From: a virus
Lineage: Duplodnaviria > Caudoviricetes
Reading direction: 5' to 3' (one strand)
Virus record (IMG/VR): IMGVR_UViG_3300032281_001375
Coordinates: 1 to 36,656 of that record
DNA length: 36,656 bases
Positions 9,625-19,008 of this stretch are shown here, piece by piece. Position numbers and translations under genes: made by a program. Positions within the stretch are counted from its first letter, which is position 1, and each line of letters begins with the position of its first letter. The notes under the pieces were generated by a model. It was not told the DNA's origin. It saw only the letters and a program-made list of their open reading frames with translations, and did not search any database.

Positions 9625-10389
9625 ATGAAAATGGAAAGATTTTTAGAATTTAGAAGAGGAACATTTACACCTATAAAATCATTTAAGATTCAAAAAGAAT
9701 TGAATGAAAAACTATGGGTTGATTTTGAATTGGATGAAGACGTAAGAAAACAACTTTTACAAATTGGTCAGGATTTTTTTGAAGGAACTGAAATTCAAGC
9801 CGAAGTAAAAGATATAGTTCTTTGTGGTTCTCTTTGTAACTATAATTGGTCTGAAAAATATTCTGACTATGATTTACATATTACTATAGATTTCAAAGAT
9901 GTGGATGAAGACTATGATTTAGTTGAAAAACTCTGTGATTATGCTAAAAAAGTTTGGAATGAACAACATGATATCAAAATAAAAGGATATGAAGTTGAAG
10001 TTTGTATTCAAGATGCGAAAATAATGCATGAAGAAATTACAGATGGTAAGATGGGTGGTGTTTATTCATTACTTAAAGACAAATGGATTAAAAAACCGGT
10101 TAAGATTGACTTTAAACCAAACGAAAGAATGATTAAAGAGAAGTCTAAAAATATTATAATGGTCATTGATGATATTATTGAAGAATCCAACGACAAGAAT
10201 TATGATGAGTTAGAACCAAAGATAAAAAAAGTTTGGGGTAAAATCAAAAATTATAGAAAAAGTGGATTGGAGTCCGAAAGTGGAGAGTTCTCAATCGGTA
10301 ACTTAGTTTTTAAATTACTTAGAAGAAATGGATATATCGGTAAAGTAATGGAATTAAAAAGAAATCTATACGACAAACAATTTAAATAA
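9625..10389 (+). CDS. Pol-beta-superfamily nucleotidyltransferase-like protein
   Basis: GSLCNYNWSEKYSDYDLH fits the hG[S]x9-13DhD motif; a later EVE supplies a candidate third acidic residue. Confidence 0.65.
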   Translation: MKMERFLEFRRGTFTPIKSFKIQKELNEKLWVDFELDEDVRKQLLQIGQDFFEGTEIQAEVKDIVLCGSLCNYNWSEKYSDYDLHITIDFKDVDEDYDLVEKLCDYAKKVWNEQHDIKIKGYEVEVCIQDAKIMHEEITDGKMGGVYSLLKDKWIKKPVKIDFKPNERMIKEKSKNIIMVIDDIIEESNDKNYDELEPKIKKVWGKIKNYRKSGLESESGEFSIGNLVFKLLRRNGYIGKVMELKRNLYDKQFK

Positions 10390-10390
10390 T

Positions 10391-11089
10391 ATGGAGACTA
10401 AAATTTCAGAAATACAAGAAGTTTTCAAAGAACTGTTTGAAGATAAAGATGAAGGAATGGCTTCGTCAGTAGAGACTGTTTATGAGTTATCTACAGATGA
10501 GAAGTTCTATAAAATGGTTATTTCAATTCAGGGTTTAGAAACTGAAGACATATCTATAATTCACACAAAATTTATTTTTAAAGTTGATTTAGAAAAAAAG
10601 AATTTAATTGAAGATACATTCATTTATCTTTTTGACATTAACTGTGTTTATCATAAAATGGAATTTAACAACGTAATTGATTTAAAAACTAAAATTGAAG
10701 ATATTATTGAATCAAATAATTTTGGACAAGACTTACAAATTCTTTCCGACTTCATTGAAGCACCTTCTATGTTTTTAAATTATTATATGAGAAGAGCTAA
10801 GATTACAGATTATTCTGTTTTTGAAGTAGATTATCAACCTAAATTTAAAACAACTCCTTGTGATAAAACTACCTTTGATTTCAAATTGAATATTAACAAT
10901 AACTATGATATGGAGTTATCAATTTGGAAAATAGATAATCATGATGAAGAAGAAGTTGATACATATAAATATCAGTTCAGATTTATGGATGATATCGAGA
11001 CATTTGAAACGGATACTCTTAAAAACATGCACTTCTTTATTGGAGACCACATTGCAAAAGTATTAGATAAAAAACTTAAAAATAAATAA
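10391..11089 (+). CDS. Hypothetical acidic protein
   Basis: 232-aa ORF tightly coupled to both neighbours. Confidence 0.6.
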   Translation: METKISEIQEVFKELFEDKDEGMASSVETVYELSTDEKFYKMVISIQGLETEDISIIHTKFIFKVDLEKKNLIEDTFIYLFDINCVYHKMEFNNVIDLKTKIEDIIESNNFGQDLQILSDFIEAPSMFLNYYMRRAKITDYSVFEVDYQPKFKTTPCDKTTFDFKLNINNNYDMELSIWKIDNHDEEEVDTYKYQFRFMDDIETFETDTLKNMHFFIGDHIAKVLDKKLKNK

Positions 11090-11763
11090 TGAAATATTTA
11101 CATAAGTTTTTTCGACATTTAAATGAGTCTCTAGATATCACTGATTTAAGTAAAGAAGAATTAGATGAAATGTTACTACCTATTAAAGATTTAGAAATAG
11201 AATATTCTTTTCAGGAAGCTAGAACAATTACCGAAGGTGAGTTTGAAGGATACAAATCAATGAATATTACATTTAGAAATTCATTTAAAACCGCACCAAT
11301 TGGTGGTTATACTGAAATGATAACTGATGATAAATTTTGGGAATTTTTAGATGAACTTATAGCTTTCAAAAACCGATTAGAAAGCGTTCAAGTGTCAATT
11401 AACACTAACTGGAAATGGGGAATTGTTGTTTGTTTTATACAAAATGCAAAAGTAGAAGGTGATTTGTTTAAAATTCAAAAACTTTATAATGAAATGGCTA
11501 AAAGAACTTCTGTTTCTAAAAGTGATTTTACAAATAACATGACTAAAAGATTGGATAAAGAAAATTTAAAAATAACTGTCAATTGTAGTGGTTGGGATCA
11601 AACAAGTTCTTATACAGATAGAAAATGGAATGGTCTTTTCAGAGGTGTGGATTTTTCCGAATTTAATATTGAAAAAGAAATTACTACTCTGTCACATCCT
11701 GCTGCATTTGGAAATAAGTCAGCTGTTATTACAATAACTCTTAAGTCATCGGAGGAACATTAA
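11089..11763 (+). CDS. Hypothetical protein with CTS-like N-terminus
   Basis: 224-aa ORF, TAATG coupling, begins MKYLHKFFRHLNE. Confidence 0.6.
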   Translation: MKYLHKFFRHLNESLDITDLSKEELDEMLLPIKDLEIEYSFQEARTITEGEFEGYKSMNITFRNSFKTAPIGGYTEMITDDKFWEFLDELIAFKNRLESVQVSINTNWKWGIVVCFIQNAKVEGDLFKIQKLYNEMAKRTSVSKSDFTNNMTKRLDKENLKITVNCSGWDQTSSYTDRKWNGLFRGVDFSEFNIEKEITTLSHPAAFGNKSAVITITLKSSEEH

Positions 11764-11768
11764 AATTT

Positions 11769-11777
11769 TAATATATA
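11769..11777 (+). promoter_or_regulatory. TAATATATA putative late promoter
   Basis: Upstream of the portal gene. Confidence 0.65.
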
Positions 11778-11797
11778 AAATCAAATCGAACTAAAAA

Positions 11798-13465
11798 ATG
11801 GCTGAAAATGATAACAATCTCGGGCTTAACTCAGCAATAGAAAATAAAGGATTATTTAGTAGAATTCTTAGAACTCTTTCTAATTATGGGATGAATTATG
11901 ATGATATGATCATCAGAAATCAAGTCGGAGTTGGTATTAACGAAGATCCTTATTCAGCTAGAGGAAGTTCAATGTATGATTTCTTCTCATCGAGAGCTGT
12001 AGCCTCTGTATTAAATAGAAAATCAATTCCTTACTTAGATAAAGGATATGCTGATAAAAGAAGAATTCTTAGAGAGTATTCAATTAAAGATGAAATTAGA
12101 GACTTTGTAAGCACATTATCAGATGAATCAATTGTTTATAATGATGAGAGAGACTTTTGTTCACCGAGACCATTACCAAATGATTATTCTCAAGAAATTC
12201 AAGATAAATATCAAGAGTATTTCGAAAAGATTTATAATAAATATGGATTTTCAGATAATATCACTGCTTGGTCAATGATGAAAGATTTTTTAGTTGATGG
12301 ATTCGTGGCTGTAGAGATAATTTATGATGATAAAAAGAAGAATATTATTGGTTTCAATAGACTTAGACCTGAGACTTTAGTTCCCGCATATGAACCTAAT
12401 GTAGGTCATCTTTGGATTCAGTTCCCGGAAGATCCTCAATTAAGAAGAATTTTCTTAGATTCACAGATAGTTTTTGTTTCTTATTCAACTCAAAATGACT
12501 TTTCCGAAACATCTTATGTTGAGGGTCTTATTAAGCCTTATAATCAGTTAAAGATTCTTGAACAAACAAGAATTATGTATAACGTAATTAACGCTACTAT
12601 TTATCAAAAGTTTGTTATACCTGTAAAGGGTTTATCTCGTCAAAGAGCTGAAGAACAAATTGGTCAATTGATTCAGGATTACTCAGAAGAAGTTGAGTGG
12701 GATGATACGTTAGGGACACTTTCAATTAATGGTTCAAAACACTTACCTTATAATAAACAAATTTGGTTCCCAGAAGGTGATGCTGGAACACCAACAATGG
12801 AATTAGTTGGACCTCAGGGACATGATTTAAATGAAGAATCTATGTTGAAGTGGTTTCATCAGGCGCTTAAAAGAGCTTCAAAAATTCCAATTACACGTTT
12901 TGAAGGTGAGTCTGGTGGTGGTAACTTAGTTACAGATGCTGCTGAAATGACTCGAGATGAGATTAAGTTTCACAATTTTATTATGCGACTTAGAACAAAT
13001 TTCAAAGAGTTAATTGTTAAACCACTTAAACTTCAAATGTTAATTGAATTTCCTGAGTTGAAAGATGATGAGGTTTTCATAAACTCGGTTGATATTATAT
13101 TCTATACAAATCAAATATTCGAAGAGTGGAAAAAGATTAATACTTTAGCAAAAAGAGCTGAAGCTATTACTACTCTTACTGGAATTATGAATGGTGAAAA
13201 ACCTTACTTTCATATTGAGTGGATTATGGACCACGTTTTCAAACTAACACCTGAAGAAAAAGCTGAAAATCAAAAATATTGGGCTAAAGACGCCGCTGCT
13301 GTCGCAGGTTCAGCAGGAGCTCCCGCTGAGGGAGGAGAAGCTCCCGCTGAAGGTGGGGAAGCTCCCGCTGAAGGAGGCGAAGCACCAGCAGAAGAAGCAC
13401 CGGCAGCAGAAGAAGCACCGGCAGCAGAAGCTCCAGCTGAAGGTGGTGGGGAATTTGAATTTTAA
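11798..13465 (+). CDS. Portal protein (T4 gp20-like)
   Basis: SYVEGLIKPYNQLKILE, W.P...GT....L, L.RASKIP.TR and MTRDEIKF.NFI.RLR..F match gp20-family motifs; acidic AEGGEAP-repeat tail. Confidence 0.85.
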   Translation: MAENDNNLGLNSAIENKGLFSRILRTLSNYGMNYDDMIIRNQVGVGINEDPYSARGSSMYDFFSSRAVASVLNRKSIPYLDKGYADKRRILREYSIKDEIRDFVSTLSDESIVYNDERDFCSPRPLPNDYSQEIQDKYQEYFEKIYNKYGFSDNITAWSMMKDFLVDGFVAVEIIYDDKKKNIIGFNRLRPETLVPAYEPNVGHLWIQFPEDPQLRRIFLDSQIVFVSYSTQNDFSETSYVEGLIKPYNQLKILEQTRIMYNVINATIYQKFVIPVKGLSRQRAEEQIGQLIQDYSEEVEWDDTLGTLSINGSKHLPYNKQIWFPEGDAGTPTMELVGPQGHDLNEESMLKWFHQALKRASKIPITRFEGESGGGNLVTDAAEMTRDEIKFHNFIMRLRTNFKELIVKPLKLQMLIEFPELKDDEVFINSVDIIFYTNQIFEEWKKINTLAKRAEAITTLTGIMNGEKPYFHIEWIMDHVFKLTPEEKAENQKYWAKDAAAVAGSAGAPAEGGEAPAEGGEAPAEGGEAPAEEAPAAEEAPAAEAPAEGGGEFEF

Positions 13466-13896
13466 GATTTCAGAACACTTAAGTCAAATTTAGTAAGAGA
13501 ATCTATACCTTTATCAATAATCTTATCTAATATATCGTCTTTAGTTATCCAGTTTTTTTTATATTCTTTGATTAAATTTAAAACGTCTTTTACAACTGAT
13601 TTACCTTTTTCGTTTTTATACTTTATATTAAATGGGTTATCAAATATTACATCATTTGTTAAATCAATAATGGTGAATTTAAGAGAGTATTTTTGATAAA
13701 GTTCACTCATTTTTTCAATCAATGAATCATCTAAAATAGAAAACATGCATTCAAATCCATCTTCGTCTGTATATTCGACCATTGAAATTTGACCATAGAT
13801 TTTTATGATATAATCTGTTTCGATAGTAGACATTGACTTGATTATATCATTTATTTCATTTTGATTATGTGTTGATGTGACTTTATAGAATCTCAT
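13462..13896 (-). CDS. Hypothetical protein with C-terminal DILDKI...GIDSLT motif (DUF6576-like)
   Basis: 144-aa ORF ending KDDILDKIIDKGIDSLTKFDLSVL. Confidence 0.55.
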   Translation of the reverse strand: MRFYKVTSTHNQNEINDIIKSMSTIETDYIIKIYGQISMVEYTDEDGFECMFSILDDSLIEKMSELYQKYSLKFTIIDLTNDVIFDNPFNIKYKNEKGKSVVKDVLNLIKEYKKNWITKDDILDKIIDKGIDSLTKFDLSVLKS

Positions 13897-14348
13897 GCTG
13901 CTATATTGTTAATTAAATCTGGGTTAATGAAATAGAAGTTGTCTATTTTCCCTTCTATATTTTTATGTTGAATAAGTTTTAATTCAATTCTTGATTCCAA
14001 TAAGCTTGTTATTATTTTACCCCAATTAGTAGTTAATAGCTTTATTTCAATACTTAATTTAAGAACTTCGTTATTTAAGATTATAAAAGTCATTTTTTGT
14101 ATCACTGAACAAGCATTTACAAGACTTGTAATACTTGTATCTATTTTATCAACTACGCTAATATAAAAAACACTTTGACTATTTGGAATTTCTAATTCTA
14201 CTTCAAATTCAATTTTTTTACCTTCTTCAAGTAGTTGATTAAGATTTATTTCTCTCTTATATTGCTTCCAGTTTGAAAATCTTGAGAGAATATCTTCATA
14301 GTCGTCTATTTTATTATTAAGTAACTCAATTTCAAATAACTTTTTCAT
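13893..14348 (-). CDS. Hypothetical protein
   Basis: 151-aa ORF coupled to RNase R (TAATG) and to the next gene (ATGA). Confidence 0.6.
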   Translation of the reverse strand: MKKLFEIELLNNKIDDYEDILSRFSNWKQYKREINLNQLLEEGKKIEFEVELEIPNSQSVFYISVVDKIDTSITSLVNACSVIQKMTFIILNNEVLKLSIEIKLLTTNWGKIITSLLESRIELKLIQHKNIEGKIDNFYFINPDLINNIAA

Positions 14349-16225
14349 TAGAATAAAGTAAAATCTATCTGTTTCTTTTCTAAATCTACTGAAGATACTA
14401 TTACTTTTAGTGTATCTCCTAATCTTATTTTCTTACCCATTTCATCAGTAACAGTATAATGTTCTAAATCTACTTTTACTTTACCAATAGTACTATATCT
14501 TACCATTCCTTCACATTTACTTTCAATAAGTTCAACATAAATTCCCCAATCTGTAACACCGGATATGATTCCATCATAAACTTGACCTAATTTATCTTGT
14601 AAATACTCAGCTTGTTTATATTTAATCGAGTCTCTTTGAGCTTTTGATGCAATTAATTCTCTACTTGAACACCAACTTGCTTGTTCTTCAATTTTTGCAG
14701 GATTTCCTTGTTTTCCTTTATTTAAATAATCAAATAAAATCCTATGAGTTATTAAATCTGGATATCTTCTGATTGGAGATGTAAAGTGTGAGTAGTGAGT
14801 AAATCCTAAACCATAGTGTCCAATATTTTTAATCGTATATTTGGCTTTAGACATACATCTTGTCACAAGAGTTTCAATCATATTTTCTTCAGGAGTTCCT
14901 TTGATATCTCTAAGTAGTTCATTTATTGAACTTTTTAGTTCATCACCTTCGCCTTCAATCTTAACATCGTGTCCAAAATTTTGACATACTCCTACAAGTT
15001 GATTAAGTTTATCAATATTTGGTGTGTCGTGAATTCTATATACGTTAAACCACTGATTATCCGAAAGAATCTTAGCAACTGATTTATTCGCTAATAACAT
15101 AAACTCTTCAATTAACTTATTAGCTTCTTTTTGTTCTTTGAAATAAACACCAATTGGTTTTTTATTATCATCAGCTAATTTAAAACGGACTTCAATTCCT
15201 CCCATCTCAATAGAACCGTCTGAAATTCTTTTCTTTCTTATTTTTTGTGCTAATCCATTTAAAGTTCTGATTTCATTGTGAAAATCACCGTCAAATCCTT
15301 CAATTATTTCTTGAGCTTCTTCGTAAGAATATCTTCTATCAGAATGTATAACCGTTTTACCATGCCATTCTTTAATAATTTTACCATTTCTATCAATATT
15401 AAATATAACTGAAAATGATAATCTATCTTCATGTGGTTTTAATGAACAAATACCATTACTTAATCTTTCTGGAAGCATTGGAACACATCTATCAACTAAA
15501 TAAACTGATGTTGCTCTTTTAAAAGCTTCTTCATCTAATTTAGAACCTGGTTTAACATAATGTCCAACATCTGCGATATGAACTCCTATCTCAATATTAT
15601 TTTCATTAATAATTTGAATTGAAAGAGCGTCATCAAAATCTCGAGCATCTACAGGGTCTATTGTTAAAGTAGTTATATTTCTCATATCTCTTCTAAGAGC
15701 TATTTCTTTTTCAAATATAACTTCTGGAACTAATTCTGATTCATTTAAAACGTCTTGTGGAAAATCAACTGGTAGATTATACTCATACATAATTGAGTTC
15801 ATTTCTGCGTTGTTGTCACCAGCATCTCCTAATATTTTAGTTATTTTTCCTTGTGGTGATTTCGAATCTTCCCATTTTATTAGTTCTACAATAACTTTTT
15901 GTCCATCTGTTGCAACTAATCCTCCTTTTATATAAAAGTCAACTGATAATTTATCACTATCTGGAATTACAAATGTTGATTTTTTTCCTATTTGAACTCT
16001 ACCAACAAATTCTGTTCTGAATCTTGAAATTGTTTCTACAACTTTTGCTTCTAGTTTCTTTTCACCTTTAAATATTTCAATTTTTACTTTATCTAAATGT
16101 AATGAATTTAAAGTATTTTTTTTGTGTATAAAAATGGATTTTTCTTCTATTGTTATGTTTGCGTTCCCGCTATTCGAGAACTGTATTTGACCTTCATATC
16201 GATCACCTTCTATTAATTTTATCAT
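14348..16225 (-). CDS. rnr: Ribonuclease R (RNB family 3'-5' exoribonuclease)
   Basis: Cold-shock domains, catalytic TIDPVDARDFDDALS, GVHIADV, HFTSPIRRYPD, C-terminal S1 domain. Confidence 0.93.
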   Translation of the reverse strand: MIKLIEGDRYEGQIQFSNSGNANITIEEKSIFIHKKNTLNSLHLDKVKIEIFKGEKKLEAKVVETISRFRTEFVGRVQIGKKSTFVIPDSDKLSVDFYIKGGLVATDGQKVIVELIKWEDSKSPQGKITKILGDAGDNNAEMNSIMYEYNLPVDFPQDVLNESELVPEVIFEKEIALRRDMRNITTLTIDPVDARDFDDALSIQIINENNIEIGVHIADVGHYVKPGSKLDEEAFKRATSVYLVDRCVPMLPERLSNGICSLKPHEDRLSFSVIFNIDRNGKIIKEWHGKTVIHSDRRYSYEEAQEIIEGFDGDFHNEIRTLNGLAQKIRKKRISDGSIEMGGIEVRFKLADDNKKPIGVYFKEQKEANKLIEEFMLLANKSVAKILSDNQWFNVYRIHDTPNIDKLNQLVGVCQNFGHDVKIEGEGDELKSSINELLRDIKGTPEENMIETLVTRCMSKAKYTIKNIGHYGLGFTHYSHFTSPIRRYPDLITHRILFDYLNKGKQGNPAKIEEQASWCSSRELIASKAQRDSIKYKQAEYLQDKLGQVYDGIISGVTDWGIYVELIESKCEGMVRYSTIGKVKVDLEHYTVTDEMGKKIRLGDTLKVIVSSVDLEKKQIDFTLF

Positions 16226-16232
16226 AAAGGTT

Positions 16233-16634
16233 TTATTCCAAAGATTCGTTTTGTTTAGTTTCTCTTTTTGATATGTTGTCTACTCCATATTTTTTCATAA
16301 GAGTTTTCTTCATTTTTGTCATAACTTTTTTATTCTGAATAGGGTAGTCAACACCGTAGTTCTTTTGAAGAGTTTCTTTTCTTTTCTTTTCTGAGCATTT
16401 TCTACAAAGATATTCTCCCCATTTGTTATCATATTTAAGATAGTTTTTGAAAATAACATCTTTTTCAATAGAACAGGTGTCACACTTACATTTTATTTTA
16501 TAGTGTGAGCCTTTTGACATTAATTCAACTGGAATTAGTAGTATTTCACTAATTGAAACATCATATCCTAAGTCTTCATAATATTGAAGATTAGATTCAG
16601 TTATCTTAATTGATATCTCTCTGGTGATAATCAT
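16233..16634 (-). CDS. Zn-ribbon protein with K(N/K)YGVD repeats
   Basis: CKCDTC...CRKC followed by KNYGVDYP and KKYGVDNI. Confidence 0.6.
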   Translation of the reverse strand: MIITREISIKITESNLQYYEDLGYDVSISEILLIPVELMSKGSHYKIKCKCDTCSIEKDVIFKNYLKYDNKWGEYLCRKCSEKKRKETLQKNYGVDYPIQNKKVMTKMKKTLMKKYGVDNISKRETKQNESLE

Positions 16635-16766
16635 AAAAAACCACTTATTTTTTAGGTTATTTATTAAAAAACTATTCCTTCCTCTTTATTCCACATGACT
16701 TATTATTTATAAAGGTTTCAATTGACTATAAAAAATCCACCTTTTAAAATTGAGTGGTTTTTTATG

Positions 16767-16775
16767 TAATATATA
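16767..16775 (+). promoter_or_regulatory. TAATATATA putative late promoter
   Basis: Upstream of the protease/scaffold gene. Confidence 0.65.
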
Positions 16776-16811
16776 ATCCAACTGTAAAAGGTAAAAAATA
16801 ATTATTTTTGA

Positions 16812-18929
16812 ATGAAATCAGTATTAATCGTAGAAAATTCAACGAATGCTCTAATACGAGAAAATGCATCTGGTAAAAAAGATTACGTTATGGGTGGAAC
16901 TTTCACTGAATTTGGTGTGAAAAACCGTAATGAACGTATCTATACAGCAGATAGATTCTTACCAGCGTTAGATGAAATGAATGAAAGAATGAACAGCTTA
17001 GGTGCTGTTTATGGTGAGTTCGACCACCCAGATGTTTTTGACACTTCTTTAGCAAGAGCATCCCACATTATCACTAAGGCAAATTATATTAAAGAACAGA
17101 ATATAGTTGCCGGTGAAATTAGACTTCTTAGTACCTATTGGGGTAAAGAAGCAAAAGCATTAGTTGATGATGGTTGTCCAGTTTTCGTTTCTTCAAGAGC
17201 GGCTGGTATTACTGAGTCTGACGGTTCCGTTTCTTTGAAAAAGTTATTTACTTATGACATTGTTGCTGACCCAGGATTTGCTTCAGCTAAAATGTCAATT
17301 AAAACCCTTAATGAGTCTTTAGGTTATACAGACCCAAAATCTAACTTTAGGATATATGAAATGTCCGACGAGTCAAAAATAAATGAATTATTCAACATGA
17401 ACAGAAACGACTTTGTAACTAAGAAACAGTTGACTGATTATTCAAAGTATCTAGTAAATGAGATTGCTTCAACTAAAAAAGAAGTTAAAACCGCAATTAC
17501 TAAAGGTGATATGGCTCCTAAGAAATTAGAGCAATTACTTGAATACTATGAAGAATTAAACTCAACTAACTCACAAGTAGTTAAATATCTTGACTATTTG
17601 GCTGAAAAAATCCAAATTGTAGTAAATGAGAACAAATCTCTAAGATCTACAACTGAAAAATTAGCTAAACATAATGATTATTTAGCTGAAAATCTTGAAA
17701 AAGCAATTAACTACACTGAGTATGTTGCTGAAAATCTTGACAAAAATATCGAGTATTCTGAGTATTTAGCAGAAAACTTAGACAGAAACATTTCTTACTC
17801 TGAGTATATCGCTGAAAACTTAGACAAAAACATTTCTTACTCTGAATACTTAGCAGAAAACTTAGATAAGAATATTGCTTACTCTGAGTATATCGCTGAA
17901 AACTTAGATAAGAATATTGCTTACTCTGAGTATATCGCTGAAAACTTAGACAAAAACATCGCTTATTCTGAATATTTAGCTGAGCACGTTGATAATTCTA
18001 TTGCTTACTCTGAATATTTAGCTGAGCACGTTGAAGGTAACATCGCTTATTCTGAATATATCGCTGAGCATTTAGATGATAACATCGCTTACTCTGAGTA
18101 TGTAGCTGAAAATCTTGACAAATCAATTTCTTACCAAGGAATGATTGTTGAGAAATTAAACTCTAAAGGTGGTAAATTATTTGAAAATAATGAAGAAGAT
18201 GCTTTCCCTTCATTGTCAGCAGCTGGTTTTGAATCTCACGATGATGAAAACGATGAGAATGACAATAACGATGAGAATGAGGAAAACTATAATGGGGTTC
18301 CAGCTTCATATGAAGAAGAAGCTTATTCTCACGAAGATGAAAACGAAAATGAAAATGAAAACGAAGATGAAGACTATAGTCCAAAATCTCACGAAGTGAG
18401 TGGTGATAATGAGTCTGAATTATCTGAGTCTATTAATAAATTAATTGAAGAAGCCAAAAAACGTAAGGTTTCTGAAACAACTGACTTGAATTTTTTAAAG
18501 TTCTTAAACAAGTCACAGGTTGATAGCTTTTATGCATTAACTAACGAGGAACAAGAAACTGTTAAACTTCACATAAACGAAAGAAGTTATTTTACACAGA
18601 AGGAAGTTCTTACATTAGTCGCTGAAGCACTTTCTACTAAGAACGAATCTCTTGAAGAAAGAGTAATCAGATTGATGCCTGAAAACGTTAAGCCAATCTG
18701 GGAACAGTTAACAAACACTTCTAAAAAATCTATCCTTTCTCAGGCTAGACTTTATCCTGAAGACGTTTTGAAAACTGAATCACAAGTTGAGCATTTCTGG
18801 TTAACTAGAAATCTCAAAAAGAATGAATCTGTGACTAAAAAATTAGTTTCTCACGAAGCTCTTATCCAAGAAGATAGACTTTCCGATACAGAAGCTAGTG
18901 CAATTTTAGAAAGATTCAAAAACATTTAA
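16812..18929 (+). CDS. Prohead protease (gp21-like) fused to a scaffold-like coiled-coil region (gp22-like)
   Basis: KNRNERIY, GEFDHP, SHII, VSSRAAG, YDIVADPGF (gp21 catalytic His/Ser/Asp motifs); then KYLDYLAE, 14-aa repeats and an acidic tract; directly upstream of the MCP. Confidence 0.88.
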   Translation: MKSVLIVENSTNALIRENASGKKDYVMGGTFTEFGVKNRNERIYTADRFLPALDEMNERMNSLGAVYGEFDHPDVFDTSLARASHIITKANYIKEQNIVAGEIRLLSTYWGKEAKALVDDGCPVFVSSRAAGITESDGSVSLKKLFTYDIVADPGFASAKMSIKTLNESLGYTDPKSNFRIYEMSDESKINELFNMNRNDFVTKKQLTDYSKYLVNEIASTKKEVKTAITKGDMAPKKLEQLLEYYEELNSTNSQVVKYLDYLAEKIQIVVNENKSLRSTTEKLAKHNDYLAENLEKAINYTEYVAENLDKNIEYSEYLAENLDRNISYSEYIAENLDKNISYSEYLAENLDKNIAYSEYIAENLDKNIAYSEYIAENLDKNIAYSEYLAEHVDNSIAYSEYLAEHVEGNIAYSEYIAEHLDDNIAYSEYVAENLDKSISYQGMIVEKLNSKGGKLFENNEEDAFPSLSAAGFESHDDENDENDNNDENEENYNGVPASYEEEAYSHEDENENENENEDEDYSPKSHEVSGDNESELSESINKLIEEAKKRKVSETTDLNFLKFLNKSQVDSFYALTNEEQETVKLHINERSYFTQKEVLTLVAEALSTKNESLEERVIRLMPENVKPIWEQLTNTSKKSILSQARLYPEDVLKTESQVEHFWLTRNLKKNESVTKKLVSHEALIQEDRLSDTEASAILERFKNI
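17673..18134 (+). repeat. Eleven tandem 42-bp (14-aa) repeats, consensus SEY(I/L)AENLDKNIAY
   Basis: Counted in the translation from NDYLAENLEKAINY to SEYVAENLDKSISY. Confidence 0.95.
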
Positions 18930-18972
18930 TCTATAAAAAAACCACACCTTCGAAAATAAGGTAAATAAAGGG

Positions 18973-18981
18973 TTATATATA
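18973..18981 (+). promoter_or_regulatory. TTATATATA putative late promoter
   Basis: Upstream of the MCP. Confidence 0.6.
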
Positions 18982-19008
18982 GATAACAAAAAAAAATAAA
19001 ATTAAATT

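Noticed and set aside
17673-18134. Possible CRISPR array from regularly spaced repeats
   Set aside because: Contiguous in-frame 42-bp units with synonymous variation and no unique spacers; the same applies to the fibre and 36554-36656 repeats.
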